A stretch of 64,000 nt of DNA from Holophagae bacterium (GCA_030429565.1 JAUIFE010000004.1:158848-222847), one strand, 5' to 3'. Shown: positions 13,176-26,451, counted from the first letter of the stretch. Numbers and translations are program-made. Notes: generated by a model from the letters alone, not told the origin.

Positions 13176-15641
13176 ATGACCGAACCACAGCATGGGCAAG
13201 ACGGATTGGGCGATGGCGAGCCCTGGCTGCGCTACCGCCGCATCGGTCCCTATAAGATTCAGCGCGAGTTGGGTCAGGGCGGCACCGGCCTGGTGCTGTT
13301 GGGTATTCGCGAGGACGATACCCGCAAACAGGTCGCGGTGAAGGTGTTGAAGCGCGGTATGGACAGCGGTGAAATCCTGCACCGCTTTTACCAGGAGCGA
13401 TCCATCTTAGCCTCGCTCAGTCATCCCTACATCGCTCAGCTCTACGATGTTGGGTGCACCGAGGACGGCCTTCCGTATTTTGTCATGGAATATGTCGATG
13501 GTCTCAGCCTGGTGCGCTATGCGGCCGCACGACGGCTCACCCTTCACGCGCGCCTCAAATTGTTTCTGCGGATTTGCGAGGCGGTCAACTACGCCCACCA
13601 AAAGCTGGTCGTGCACCGCGATCTCAAACCCGCCAATATTTTGGTGACCCAACAAGGCGATCCCAAATTACTTGATTTCGGTATCGCCGGCCTGGTTCGC
13701 GATGATCAGGAAGAGGTCGTCACCGATTATCACCATCGCATGCTCACCCTTGAATACGCCAGCCCGGAACAGCTTCGCGGCGAACCGCTGGGTACGACCA
13801 CCGACGTCTATTCCAGCGGCGTCATCCTCTACGAGTTGCTGACCGGCAAGCGTCCGTTTCAGTTCACCGGGAAAAACGCCATGCAGGCGGCTGATCATCT
13901 GGCTTCGCAAACCATGCCGCCACGACCCAGTGCCACCGTGCCGCAACGCAAATTGTCCACGCTCGAATTAAACCAAATTAGCGATGCTTTTAAAGGCTCC
14001 TGGTACCGCAAATTATTCTTGCGTTTGCGGGGGAGCCGCATTGATCGCGACCTCGACCGCATTGTTCTCAAGGCGCTGCATTTCCGCAGGGAAGACCGCT
14101 ATGCGAGTATCGAAGCTTTGGCAGGCGACGTGCGCCGGTACTTACGCGGCTTGCCGATCAAAGCCCGACCACAGAGTTTCGGATACCGGGTGAATCGTTT
14201 CTTTAAGCGCAATCGAGTGCCGATTTTGGCTTCGGTTCTCGCGGCGGGTTTGGTTCTGGGTTCCACACTGCAGGCCTGGCGCAAGCAGCACGAAGCCGCG
14301 GTACAGCGTGACGAAACGGAAATTCTCGTGTCTTTTATGACCGACTTGTTTCAGTTAGACGGTTCGGTTGATGCTTATGGCGACGAGGTTTCGGCCAAGT
14401 TGTTGTTGGACCGCGCCGCGCGCAAGCTCGGTCAAGATTTGGATGCCTTGCCCACGATTCGCGGTGAGTTGCGCATTAAAGTGGGCCTCGCTTACGATGG
14501 CTTGGGTTTGTACGAAGATGCCTGGCATGTTTTTCAGGATGCGTTGCGCGACACCGAAAACGCCTATGGTCCCGACAGTCTGGAGACCGCCAATGTGCTT
14601 TATGAAGCTTCCTTGCTGGCAAGCGAAAGCCGCTATCACGATCAGGTTCGCTTGATGTTGGAGCGGGCGCTCAAAATCCGTATTGCTGCTTATGGCGAAA
14701 AACACCAAGAGGTCTGGAATGTGCTTAGCTTGCTCGGCTATTACTACCAAATCGTCGGTGATCTCAGTCGCGCCGAACACTATTACCGCCGCTCCTATGA
14801 GGGCCGACTCGAACATTTGGGACCTGACCATCCCCATTTAATGGAGAGCATCAATCAACTTTCGATTATTGCCATGCACGATAGCGACTGCGAAAAAGCG
14901 GCCGACGGCTTCAAGCGCGTGATTGATTTCGACACGCGCACCAAGGGGCCGTTATCGCGCGATACCGTCGCGCTTCTGGGCAACCTTGGTTTGGTGTATG
15001 TCGATTGCGGCAATTACGAACAGGCGATTGCCTATCATTCGGAACAACTGCAGCGCAGCCGACGCATTTACCAGCCGAACCATCCTTATTTGGCGGCTGC
15101 TTTAATTTTCCTGGCCGATGCCATGCGGGCGGGTGGGCGCCTCACGGAAGCTGAAGCCCTCTTGCAGGAAGGCCTTGAGGTGTTGGACAAAACCCTGCAT
15201 CCCGATCACACTTACTACGGCAAACTGCGTTTGGTGTTGGGTCGGACTTACTGCGATATGGGCCGCTACGATATGGCCGAGGCCGAGTTAAACCAGACGC
15301 TTCGAATTAACACCCTCAATTTCGGCGCCACCCATTACCGCACCGCCCGCGCACTCATGGCCCGTGCTGATTTGGCCTACCGTCGCGATGATGTGCGCGG
15401 TGCCGAAAACGACGCTCGCAATGCTTTGGAGATCTTTGAGCGCTTGTACGGTACTAATTACTTCCGTACTGCTTACGCGCGGGTGCTGGTTGGCGTTTGC
15501 CTCATCCGATTGGGACGCGTCGAGGAAGGGGAGCGGTTTGCCATGGCCGGTTACCAAGTGTTGAACAAAGTTCAGCCCGATGGAGAGTACACCAAACTTA
15601 CCAAAGACCGCTTGGGTGCCCTGGGCCTAAACAGCTTGTGA
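13176..15641 (+). CDS. Hanks-type Ser/Thr protein kinase with TM helix and C-terminal TPR (TPR_10/12-like) repeats
   Basis: kinase motifs GQGGTGLVL, VAVKVL, HRDLKPANILV, DFGIAG, SPEQ; TM VPILASVLAAGLVLGSTL; at least 8 TPR-like repeats (A..Y......G...EA); lacks the ECF-associated N-terminal motif. Confidence 0.85.
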   Translation: MTEPQHGQDGLGDGEPWLRYRRIGPYKIQRELGQGGTGLVLLGIREDDTRKQVAVKVLKRGMDSGEILHRFYQERSILASLSHPYIAQLYDVGCTEDGLPYFVMEYVDGLSLVRYAAARRLTLHARLKLFLRICEAVNYAHQKLVVHRDLKPANILVTQQGDPKLLDFGIAGLVRDDQEEVVTDYHHRMLTLEYASPEQLRGEPLGTTTDVYSSGVILYELLTGKRPFQFTGKNAMQAADHLASQTMPPRPSATVPQRKLSTLELNQISDAFKGSWYRKLFLRLRGSRIDRDLDRIVLKALHFRREDRYASIEALAGDVRRYLRGLPIKARPQSFGYRVNRFFKRNRVPILASVLAAGLVLGSTLQAWRKQHEAAVQRDETEILVSFMTDLFQLDGSVDAYGDEVSAKLLLDRAARKLGQDLDALPTIRGELRIKVGLAYDGLGLYEDAWHVFQDALRDTENAYGPDSLETANVLYEASLLASESRYHDQVRLMLERALKIRIAAYGEKHQEVWNVLSLLGYYYQIVGDLSRAEHYYRRSYEGRLEHLGPDHPHLMESINQLSIIAMHDSDCEKAADGFKRVIDFDTRTKGPLSRDTVALLGNLGLVYVDCGNYEQAIAYHSEQLQRSRRIYQPNHPYLAAALIFLADAMRAGGRLTEAEALLQEGLEVLDKTLHPDHTYYGKLRLVLGRTYCDMGRYDMAEAELNQTLRINTLNFGATHYRTARALMARADLAYRRDDVRGAENDARNALEIFERLYGTNYFRTAYARVLVGVCLIRLGRVEEGERFAMAGYQVLNKVQPDGEYTKLTKDRLGALGLNSL

Positions 15642-15658
15642 CGCCGTAAATAATGCGG

Positions 15659-16462
15659 TTAGTTGCTGTGGTCTAACACAGGATCTTGCATGTTTGCGAG
15701 CACGCCGTCCCAAAGCGTGATGCGACTTTGCAGGGCGTTGCGTGCCGCCGCATGAACCCGCGCCCACGCTTGTTCACGGTTGCCGCAAATGAGGTTGATC
15801 ATTTCTTCGGCCAAGTGGCTGTGGCTGTCGCCGTCAAGCTCGATGTGGCGGACCAAATAGGTGTGAAATAGTTGGAAGGCGTGCGGTTGATCTTCCGCGA
15901 GTCCGGCGACAAGCGCGCGAAACATGTCGGGAATCACTTCCTCACGGCCAAAGGTGAATGCGGCGGCGATCGAGGCGGCATCGTTGGCGTCGATAAAGGA
16001 GAAGGTGTCCTGAACAAAAGCAGCGGCGGGTTCGGGCACATGGGCGCGTTCAGCGGCGGTTTCAACGGGATGACCGATGGCGGCGACCTGACAGAAGCGT
16101 TCTACCGGGCCGGTGGCGACGCCGGCCTGCTGCATGGCGGCTAAGTAAAGCTCAAAATGGCTCATGACGGTGCCGTCTTCCAGAAGATCGGATTCTTCTT
16201 CAAGCACGATTTGGTTAATGAAGCGACGAATGCGGGGATCGCCTTTGGGCTGCCAGGGCACCGTGGTACCCGTCAGCATTTGTTGGAGTTTTTTGAGTAA
16301 ACTCATGAAATCCCAGACCGCATAGACGTGGTGTGCCATAAAAAAACGAACCTGGTCGGGATGGGCGACGGTGCGGTAGATAGGATGTTCTTTGAGCTGA
16401 CGGCGCAGCGGTAAAAGATCTTGTTTGATGGACGAAATCGAATGCAAAAGGACGCTCCCCAT
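15659..16462 (-). CDS. DUF3050-like (haem-oxygenase-like fold) protein
   Basis: 267 aa; N-terminal HPIY...VR.FM..HV.AVWDFMSLLK pattern recalled from DUF3050/MgoB-like proteins; assignment from memory only. Confidence 0.45.
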   Translation of the reverse strand: MGSVLLHSISSIKQDLLPLRRQLKEHPIYRTVAHPDQVRFFMAHHVYAVWDFMSLLKKLQQMLTGTTVPWQPKGDPRIRRFINQIVLEEESDLLEDGTVMSHFELYLAAMQQAGVATGPVERFCQVAAIGHPVETAAERAHVPEPAAAFVQDTFSFIDANDAASIAAAFTFGREEVIPDMFRALVAGLAEDQPHAFQLFHTYLVRHIELDGDSHSHLAEEMINLICGNREQAWARVHAAARNALQSRITLWDGVLANMQDPVLDHSN

Positions 16463-16578
16463 GGTGAAAACAGAAGGCGTGCCGTTGGGAAAAGGTCAGC
16501 AACGGCAAACTAACAAAAGATAAACGAAAAAGGTCTATGTGTGAAGCGACAACCCGGTCGTCGCGGCAATCGGTGGTT

Positions 16579-17565
16579 TTAAAACAGCGGCCTGGGCACC
16601 AAATCCTTTTCTTGTTGCCACGATTCATCCAGCAGTTTGCTTACGTAACGCGAACCGTGATCGCACAAAAACGTGACGATGGTTTTGCCGCTATCACGGT
16701 GTGCGCAGGCTGTTTGATAAGCCGCCGCGAGGTTCAGCGCCGATGAGGTACCGAGAAACAGGCCGTCGTGGCGACTGACATGAAACAGGGTATCAATCAT
16801 CGCACGATCACTGATGCGCAGCGCGTCGTCGACGTTGGCGCGTGCAAGGTTGGCGGTTAAACGCTTGATACCGATACCTTCGGTCACGCTGCCGCCGTCA
16901 CCGGTGAAGCAGCCCGTTTTGAAGTAGTCGTGGACACCGGAGCCATGGGGATCGGCGGCAATCACCCGCACCTGAGCGATCTGTTCTTTGAGATAGGCGC
17001 TGGTGCCGCCCAGCGTCCCGCCGGTCCCGCAGGCTGATACGAGAAAGTCGAGGCGACCGGCACACTGTTCGGCGATTTCAGGGCCGGTGGTGTCGTAGTG
17101 AATTTGCGCGTTGGCGGTATTTTCAAATTGGTCGGCCCAGACCGCGCCTGGCAACGTGGCCGCCAAGCGTTTGGCTTGGTGGTAAAAATGGTCGGGATTG
17201 CTAAACGGGCAGGGAGGAACGGCGCGAACCTCGGCACCCAGAGCGGTGAGCATTTGGTACTTTTCTTGGGCCTGGTTGTTGGGCATGGTGAGAATCACTT
17301 GGTAACCGCGCTCCGCCGCCAAGGTTGCTAAACCAATGCCGGTATTGCCGGCGGTGCCCTCGACCAAGGTGCCGCCTGGTTGTAACGCGCCCGACCGTTC
17401 CGCCGCCGCAATCATACCTTTGGCGGCGCGGTCTTTAATGCTGCCGCCGGGATTGAGGAACTCGGCTTTGCCGTAAATGTTGCAGCCGGTTTGTTCCGAC
17501 AATGACTTGATGCGAATCAGCGGGGTATTGCCGACACTGTCCCACACGCTTTCGGTTCGTTTCAA
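16579..17565 (-). CDS. PLP-dependent cysteine synthase / cystathionine-beta-synthase family enzyme
   Basis: GNTPLIRI, PGGSIKDRAA (PLP lysine), GNTGIGLA and GTGGT motifs; the maximal ORF reaches 17652 (ATG), but TTG 17565 with upstream GAAGAGG gives a typical 328-aa length. Confidence 0.7.
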   Translation of the reverse strand: MKRTESVWDSVGNTPLIRIKSLSEQTGCNIYGKAEFLNPGGSIKDRAAKGMIAAAERSGALQPGGTLVEGTAGNTGIGLATLAAERGYQVILTMPNNQAQEKYQMLTALGAEVRAVPPCPFSNPDHFYHQAKRLAATLPGAVWADQFENTANAQIHYDTTGPEIAEQCAGRLDFLVSACGTGGTLGGTSAYLKEQIAQVRVIAADPHGSGVHDYFKTGCFTGDGGSVTEGIGIKRLTANLARANVDDALRISDRAMIDTLFHVSRHDGLFLGTSSALNLAAAYQTACAHRDSGKTIVTFLCDHGSRYVSKLLDESWQQEKDLVPRPLF

Positions 17566-17681
17566 AGTGACCTCTTCTGGCTGTGGCCCGTGGATTAATG
17601 GAAAAGACAGTCCAAGGGTGAATTTGTTCCAATTGCTAACAAAATAGCACAATCACGGTCTTTTTGCCTTAGCGGGCCGGC

Positions 17682-18320
17682 CTAGTCGGGCGGGGAAAAG
17701 GCCGCCCGTGCCGCATTGACTTGCTCACGCACAAAACAACCTTCAACGTGGTCGTTTACCAAACCCATCGCCTGCATAAAGGCGTAGGCTGTAGTTGGTC
17801 CCACAAAGGTCCAGCCGCGCTTTTTCAGGGCTTTGGACAGCGCTTTTGATTGTTCGGTCTGACCCAGTGTGCGCAGTACTTGGAAACTGCATACGTCCGG
17901 TCGCTGCGCGGCTTTGGGTTCGAATTGCCAAAAAAAGGCGGCGAGGCTGCCAAACTCGGCGCGCATTTCACAAGCGCGCGCCGCGTTGTTAATGGTGGCT
18001 TCGATTTTGCGGCGGTTGCGCACAATGCCGGTGTCTTGCATGAGCCTGGCTACGTCGGCTTCATTCATGCGGGCCACTTTGTCGAAATCGAATTGGTGAA
18101 AGGCCGCGCGGAAAGACTCGCGTTTGCGCAAGATGGTCAGCCACGACAAGCCGGACTGAAAACCCTCTAAACAGATTTTTTCGAAAAGGCGGCGGTCGTC
18201 GCTGACCGGAAACCCCCATTCATTGTCGTGATAGTGGCGATAGGGCGTGTCCTCACCCGGCCACCAACAACCGTGGCGACCGTCGGCGCGTTTGATAAGA
18301 CCGTTCTCGTGTTCGACCAT
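17682..18320 (-). CDS. tag: DNA-3-methyladenine glycosylase I
   Basis: near-canonical Tag sequence (CWW..DTPYRHYHDNEWGFP..DDRRLFEKICLEGFQSGLSWLTILRKRE). Confidence 0.85.
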   Translation of the reverse strand: MVEHENGLIKRADGRHGCWWPGEDTPYRHYHDNEWGFPVSDDRRLFEKICLEGFQSGLSWLTILRKRESFRAAFHQFDFDKVARMNEADVARLMQDTGIVRNRRKIEATINNAARACEMRAEFGSLAAFFWQFEPKAAQRPDVCSFQVLRTLGQTEQSKALSKALKKRGWTFVGPTTAYAFMQAMGLVNDHVEGCFVREQVNAARAAFSPPD

Positions 18321-18538
18321 GGTGCCCTCGCGGCGGCAGGTTTTGCCTTGGTGGTTTGTTTATCGAGGCTAAGCGACGAGCTTCTTCCTGAAGTGTGCAC
18401 TTCGGGTCTAACCCAGTGCGCAAGATGCCGGGCCGGTGCAACAGTGGGTGTTGACTTGAGCGATGCATCGCTAAGTTTCGGTTCCCGGTTATAACACAGA
18501 CGGCGGTTGCTCATCCATGGCGCATGGCGCCGGCGCGA

Positions 18539-21172
<2,634 letters not shown>

Positions 21173-21724
21173 CAGGTGTTGCCCTGGCGTTTGTGCCTGG
21201 GGTGATGTTGCTGCGCAACAAGCGGAAAAGGTGAAATAACGACGAGAAACTCTCGACCCAGGTATCCTGATGCAGGCCGCGCTGGGAAACCAAAGCCGAA
21301 CGCAGTGTTTGCAACTCCAAGTATTGATTGCGGCAGCGTTCCGTCAGGGTCACCGCTACTTGGTTGTCGTTGGCCAAGGCGTGAACGGCGATTTGGTCTA
21401 GGGTGGCGTTGACCAGTTGGTCGTTGCGGCTTTGTAACTCTTTGAGGGTTGGCAGAATAGCGGCCCGCGTTTCGCGATTAGAAACCATGAGCAGCATGCC
21501 GTGTGCGACCTCGCCGCCCAAGGCGCGGTCCATTTCGTGAATGCCGTTGACCATGTGGTTCGCTTCGAGAAAGTAACGGGCTTGGTTGCGCGAATCAATC
21601 GCGTCACGGGCTAAAAAAATGGCGAGAAAAAGAACCAATCCCGTCAGCGTGGTGGTGACCAGCACCAGTAACAGGCGCACATTGATGCGGATTTTTCTCG
21701 ATGATACGGCCATGAATAGGCCCC

Positions 21725-23776
21725 TTAAAACGTGTAGGTGCAGGTCAAACGGTAGGCGCGTTCCAGCTCAATCCCGCCGGTGCGGAAACCGTTGATGAAG
21801 GTCAAGGTCGGTACTTCGCGATGTTTTTCCAGCAGATTGAAACCACTGAGGCGAACCCGCCAATGCGAACTAAAGCGACGACTGCCGTGGAGGTTCCACA
21901 CCGTATAGGCGTCTTGTTCACCTTGCAGAACCGGCGGCACGTTGAGTGAGGTTGCTGAGAAACGGTAGTTGTCGACCCAGTATAGCTCGCTCTGCAGGAG
22001 ACTCTGTTTGCCATGGTAGTCGACGGTGAGGTTGGCGCGGTGGTTAATTTGGTTGTCCTCCAGGCGGTTGAACACGCCGTAGGGTTCGATCGGCGTGTCC
22101 TCGAGGTCAAACCAGGTTGTGTTGAGCCGCACATCTATTTTGGGATCCGCGAAGTGCCACAATAGCTCGGCCTCTATACCGTAGTGTTCGGTGTCGGCAC
22201 TGTTGACGAAGGTAAAATCGGCCAAGTTGTTTTGGCCGGGGAAAGGCAAAAACACGGCCGGTTCGATGATGTTCTCGCCTTCGCCGACATAGGCGTTGAG
22301 GCGTAATTGATGACGGTTGGTACCGAAGGTATGGGTGTAACTTAGTTCCAGTTGGGAAAGGCCTTCCGGCTTGAGAAACGGGTTCCCGTACGCTTCGTTT
22401 TGGGTGAAACGAAAATCTTGAGATAGTTCAATCAGTGACGGAATGTGGTGTCCGTGTGAAAAGGAAAAACGCAGGTTGCTTTGGGTGCCGATTTTCCAAT
22501 TAATCGCGGTTGAATAGCTGTATTCTTCGCCACCTGGCTCGGGCGCGTCGTTGACCGGGACGACGGGATCAAGCGCGTTAATTTCGGTACTGCGTGTGCT
22601 TTTCCAGTGATCGAATCGTGCCGATGTGTTCCACGCCGCCCGCGTATTGAGCTGCACGTGCCACATGGCGGAGAAACTGAGCGTTTGAATCGACAATTCG
22701 CGCTCGAAGCGATCGGTCGGCGCGGTAAAGGTGACCGCACTGCGCCGGAATTCACCCTCCAAACGCAGCACGTGTTTGGGTGAAACCGAAAACAGGTTGG
22801 CCAAGGCGGCGCGGCGAAACTCGCTTTCGAGTGGCGGCACATTTTGCGTCCCGCCGAAGCGCAAGGTGTCAAAGGTAACTTCGCTGTTGTAGGCTTGCAG
22901 GTCGACCTGGATCAAGCCTTGTTCCGTATCATTGGTCAGGTTGAGGTCGAAGAAAAACTGTTCGGTTGCTTGTTTGCCGCGCGATGCGCCAGGGCCGAGC
23001 ACGTCGAAGGCGTTGTCGTTGTAGCCAAGGTGGAAAAGCAAGTCGGTGGTGGCATCGGCCAGCCAGTGTGCCTCGGCGCTGAAGGCCGTGCGTTCCAGCG
23101 AATCCTCGACCGGGACGCGTCCGTCCGGCAAATCGTCATTCTCGAACCCTTCCGATTCTTCGCGACCCGCCGACAGGCGCACCGCAAAGCGCTCGCTCAG
23201 GCGCAAGGGGGTCGAGAGTGCCAAACGCGAGCCTTCGGGTTCTTGGATTTCGGCCGTCAGACGCGTTTCTTTGATTTTGTGGGGCGTTCGGGTAATGAGA
23301 TTGATCACGCCGAGTTCTGCATTGAAGCCGTACAACGACGAGGCCGGCCCTCGCACCAGCTCAATTTGTTCGAGGTCCTGGAGCTCGATGGCAAAACTGT
23401 GCCAAAAGACGGTGCCGTAAACGTCGAGGTAGACCTGGTGCCCGTTAATCAGGACCAAGGTGCGGTTGGCGAGGAGTTGGTTGTAGCCGCGGATGCTGAG
23501 GTCGGCATGGCTCTGAAAGGTACGCGCCACCTCAACGCCGGTGTAGCGGCGCAGGAGCTCGGGAATATCGCGCGCGCCGCTGGCCAAAATTTCTTGGCGG
23601 GTAATGATTTCCATCGACACCGGCACATCGGACAGGCGCTGCGGTTTGCCGGTGGCACCGGCGGTGACCGGTTCGTCATAGAGTGATGCAAGGCCTTCGT
23701 AATCGATGCTTTGCGACCACGCCGGCGTCGCGGCGACCACCATGACCCAAAGGGCCGACAAGAGGATTCGTTTCAT
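21725..23776 (-). CDS. TonB-dependent receptor-like outer-membrane protein
   Basis: signal peptide MKRILLSALWVMVVAATPAWSQ, plug motifs (IELVRGPASSLYGFNA), C-terminal aromatic residue (..TYTF). Confidence 0.85.
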   Translation of the reverse strand: MKRILLSALWVMVVAATPAWSQSIDYEGLASLYDEPVTAGATGKPQRLSDVPVSMEIITRQEILASGARDIPELLRRYTGVEVARTFQSHADLSIRGYNQLLANRTLVLINGHQVYLDVYGTVFWHSFAIELQDLEQIELVRGPASSLYGFNAELGVINLITRTPHKIKETRLTAEIQEPEGSRLALSTPLRLSERFAVRLSAGREESEGFENDDLPDGRVPVEDSLERTAFSAEAHWLADATTDLLFHLGYNDNAFDVLGPGASRGKQATEQFFFDLNLTNDTEQGLIQVDLQAYNSEVTFDTLRFGGTQNVPPLESEFRRAALANLFSVSPKHVLRLEGEFRRSAVTFTAPTDRFERELSIQTLSFSAMWHVQLNTRAAWNTSARFDHWKSTRSTEINALDPVVPVNDAPEPGGEEYSYSTAINWKIGTQSNLRFSFSHGHHIPSLIELSQDFRFTQNEAYGNPFLKPEGLSQLELSYTHTFGTNRHQLRLNAYVGEGENIIEPAVFLPFPGQNNLADFTFVNSADTEHYGIEAELLWHFADPKIDVRLNTTWFDLEDTPIEPYGVFNRLEDNQINHRANLTVDYHGKQSLLQSELYWVDNYRFSATSLNVPPVLQGEQDAYTVWNLHGSRRFSSHWRVRLSGFNLLEKHREVPTLTFINGFRTGGIELERAYRLTCTYTF

Positions 23777-23778
23777 GG

Positions 23779-24300
23779 CTACAACCTCTTTGCCGTGTAC
23801 ATAAACGCGGCATCGAAGTCGATGCGATTGCGTTTCATGTTTTTTTGATTGATGAAAATTTCAATGCCGGCGCGGGTTTCAAAAGATACCACGCAACCCT
23901 CGGAGTTGGCGCATTCACGATCCATGCTCAATGTCAGCAGCGAACGTTCAAACGCGATTTGGGCGATCTGCTCGTAATAAGCGGATAGGTGGCGGGTGAT
24001 AAACAGCACTTTGGCGGTCTCATTGGTTGCTAGCGCGTTGATTGGGATTAATTCGATTGCCATTGACCGGGCGGCGGGTTCACTGTCGAGCAAATGTTGC
24101 AAAGCGAGGGCCTCCTCTTCAGAGGCGCTGTCCTCCGGATTAAAAACAATCCCGAGATGAATGGTGTCGACGCCCTGTAAATTTCGGACGTACTGCAGCG
24201 TGCGCAACAAAATGCGCGCGTCGCGTGGATGAAGCGGTGCTTTGTCGCCGCCGGCAAATACGGGAGCGGCGCTCAGCAACAACAGCAAGCACCATCCCAT
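23779..24300 (-). CDS. DUF4154 (YfiR-like) periplasmic protein
   Basis: start re-placed at MGWCLLLLLSAAPVFA signal peptide (ATG complement 24298-24300); C-terminal pattern LTLS..GF...G.IEIFINQKNMKRNRIDFDAAFMYTAKRL resembles YfiR/DUF4154; stop is 2 nt before the receptor start. Confidence 0.55.
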   Translation of the reverse strand: MGWCLLLLLSAAPVFAGGDKAPLHPRDARILLRTLQYVRNLQGVDTIHLGIVFNPEDSASEEEALALQHLLDSEPAARSMAIELIPINALATNETAKVLFITRHLSAYYEQIAQIAFERSLLTLSMDRECANSEGCVVSFETRAGIEIFINQKNMKRNRIDFDAAFMYTAKRL

Positions 24301-24592
24301 GCGGCACCATCGGCGGGCACAGGTGCGCGCCGTGAGCGGTTGGATTGGTGCGAGGGAAAACGAAAACAATTGCCGCTCCTGCGCGGAATCAATGCGAATA
24401 CCGGCCAACGAAACCAAGCACAGATGCGGGTCGCAACCTAACGAAGGGCGCCGCGGCCTGAGGTAAAAGGGTAGAGGGTCGTGAAGCTGTAAGGTAGCTC
24501 GTTTATATCACGCGTTTCGGCAAGCCACAACGAAACCTAAAGAATCCGTGAAGGGCGACATGGAACGGGACCTCTGCCTTTTCGGTCGATGA

Positions 24593-25486
24593 TTAACCCA
24601 CGGCCGTGGTTTCCTCGCTGTCGATATTGTGTTCCTGGTTGGGATCAATTTCTAAATAGCGGCTTAGGTAGTGGACCGCAAGGTAAAGCGGACCCGTGTC
24701 CAGCAAAGCGACGACCATTTTGAACAAATAACCCGAGCCGATTAGGACCAGGAGATTCTTGAGCTCCATTTCTCCGCGCCAATAGGCCGCTCCGAAGGTA
24801 ATGCTAATAACCATGACCGTGTCAACCAACTGACTAATCAACGTGCTGCCGTTGTTGCGCAGCCATAAATGCTTGCCGTTGGTTAGCCTTTTCCAAAAGT
24901 GGAACAGGCTGACATCGCACAATTGGGCCGCCATGTAAGCGAACATCGAAGCGATCATCGAGCCCGCCGCGCAAGCGTAAAGCACCGAAAAAAACGAAAC
25001 CTTACCGGCGACTTGGCGACCGTCGGCCAAATAAATTGGCTCGCTGAGCTGAAGGAACTGCCATGGTGCTTGCGAGGCTTCGGCCACATCGGGACTGATC
25101 TCACCCAGCCACAGGGTTCCGATGACCATGAGGTTCACCACCAAACCCACCATGACCAGCCAATTGGCGCGGCGTTTGCCGTACAACTCACTGATTAGGT
25201 CGGTACACAGAAATGTCAGCGGGTAGGGCAGCACGCCGACCGCGAGGGCCAAGGGGCCGATGTGGATGAACTTGGTAATACCGATTATGTTGAGCATCGC
25301 CATGGCGCCGATAAAGATGCCGGCCAGCATTAAAAACACGCGTTCACGACGCTCGTGTAGTTCAGCAGATACAGGGGCGGCTGTACGAATCAATGGAAAC
25401 CTCGTTGTGGAGACAAGTGTGCCCCATCCTAGCACAAGCCGCCTGAAACCAACGGCAACGTCCAACGCGCGGTTGGGCGGCATCAT
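24593..25486 (-). CDS. YhhQ/VUT-family queuosine-precursor transporter (DUF165)
   Basis: polytopic membrane protein with the PYPLTFLCTDLISELYG signature; true start probably internal (near MLAGIFIG), so the about 50-codon 5' extension may be leader sequence. Confidence 0.7.
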   Translation of the reverse strand: MMPPNRALDVAVGFRRLVLGWGTLVSTTRFPLIRTAAPVSAELHERRERVFLMLAGIFIGAMAMLNIIGITKFIHIGPLALAVGVLPYPLTFLCTDLISELYGKRRANWLVMVGLVVNLMVIGTLWLGEISPDVAEASQAPWQFLQLSEPIYLADGRQVAGKVSFFSVLYACAAGSMIASMFAYMAAQLCDVSLFHFWKRLTNGKHLWLRNNGSTLISQLVDTVMVISITFGAAYWRGEMELKNLLVLIGSGYLFKMVVALLDTGPLYLAVHYLSRYLEIDPNQEHNIDSEETTAVG

Positions 25487-25668
25487 GCCGCCGTCGCTTG
25501 GCGCTAAACCAAAAAGGCGCGATCCTTAGCGACGGATCTGGTCAAGACTCTGGGCTGCAACAGCTTGTACAATGCGCCACCCAACCGGCTGGTGCCTGTT
25601 CTCGTTAACCAAGCTACTGCATTTCAGACCGTTGACCAAAATCAATAACCCTTATCGCGCCGATTCGG

Positions 25669-26451
25669 TTAAAGGTTGTCCTCGATGATGTGTTGAATCA
25701 TTTCGAACACCTCTTCCGGGGATTCTTCGCCCACCGTAAACCGCGCCAAGGTTTCGTCGCGGTCGAAGGCTTCGGCAAAAAAGCCGGAAAAGCCGCGGGC
25801 GCGTCGGTCAATTTCCATCAAAACCTCGACGTAGTCGCCATTGTGGTTAAAGACGACTTCGACTTCGTCAAGGCGACGGTAGTAAGGCCCGGCGCAAGGT
25901 TTAAACTCAAATTCCTGAATGAAGGGGAGTCGCGAGCGCCAGTTGCCGCCGACTTCTTCACATGTTGCCTCAACCAACTGGAACCCCAAATCCTCGAGGG
26001 CTTGGAAGACGTTGGCCTGCATCGCGTCGGGCTGGATTTGGAAATAATCGCGGTCACCTGGATCAATAGCGGACTTAATGTCGAGGCCGGTTTGCAGCCA
26101 AATTTTAGTGCCGCCGAAGGTTAACGGCGCATCCCACGGGACTTCCATGTCGATGGCCAGTTCCAATTCCTCGCCTGGCTGGATCAATATCGATTCACCT
26201 ACCTTGAACTGGTCGATCGTCGCCGTGCGTGTGACCGTTTCCTCTTCGCCTTCCGCGTTTTCGCGTTCACCGAGGTAGTTGCAGTGCATGGAGAAGTAAA
26301 GTGCGTCGATTTGCTGTTCGACGCTGCCGCCTTTGATTTTGACAATCGCATCCAAGGGTTCGCCGACGCGATAAAGCTCGCGGTCCAGGATCGTATCGAC
26401 CTTGGCTGCGCCAATTCCAACCTTGGAGAAAACTTTTTTAAAAAAAGACAT
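25669..26451 (-). CDS. Spo0M-like (arrestin-fold sporulation-control protein family) protein
   Basis: start MSFFKKVFSKVGIGAAKVDTILDRELYRVGE closely matches the Spo0M family N-terminus; ATG complement 26449-26451 with GAAGGTGG upstream. Confidence 0.7.
   Translation of the reverse strand: MSFFKKVFSKVGIGAAKVDTILDRELYRVGEPLDAIVKIKGGSVEQQIDALYFSMHCNYLGERENAEGEEETVTRTATIDQFKVGESILIQPGEELELAIDMEVPWDAPLTFGGTKIWLQTGLDIKSAIDPGDRDYFQIQPDAMQANVFQALEDLGFQLVEATCEEVGGNWRSRLPFIQEFEFKPCAGPYYRRLDEVEVVFNHNGDYVEVLMEIDRRARGFSGFFAEAFDRDETLARFTVGEESPEEVFEMIQHIIEDNL

Noticed and set aside
25440-25560. preQ1 riboswitch upstream of the YhhQ transporter
   Set aside because: The candidate GCGCC...GCGCC elements are direct repeats, not an inverted pair, and there is no A-rich tail motif.
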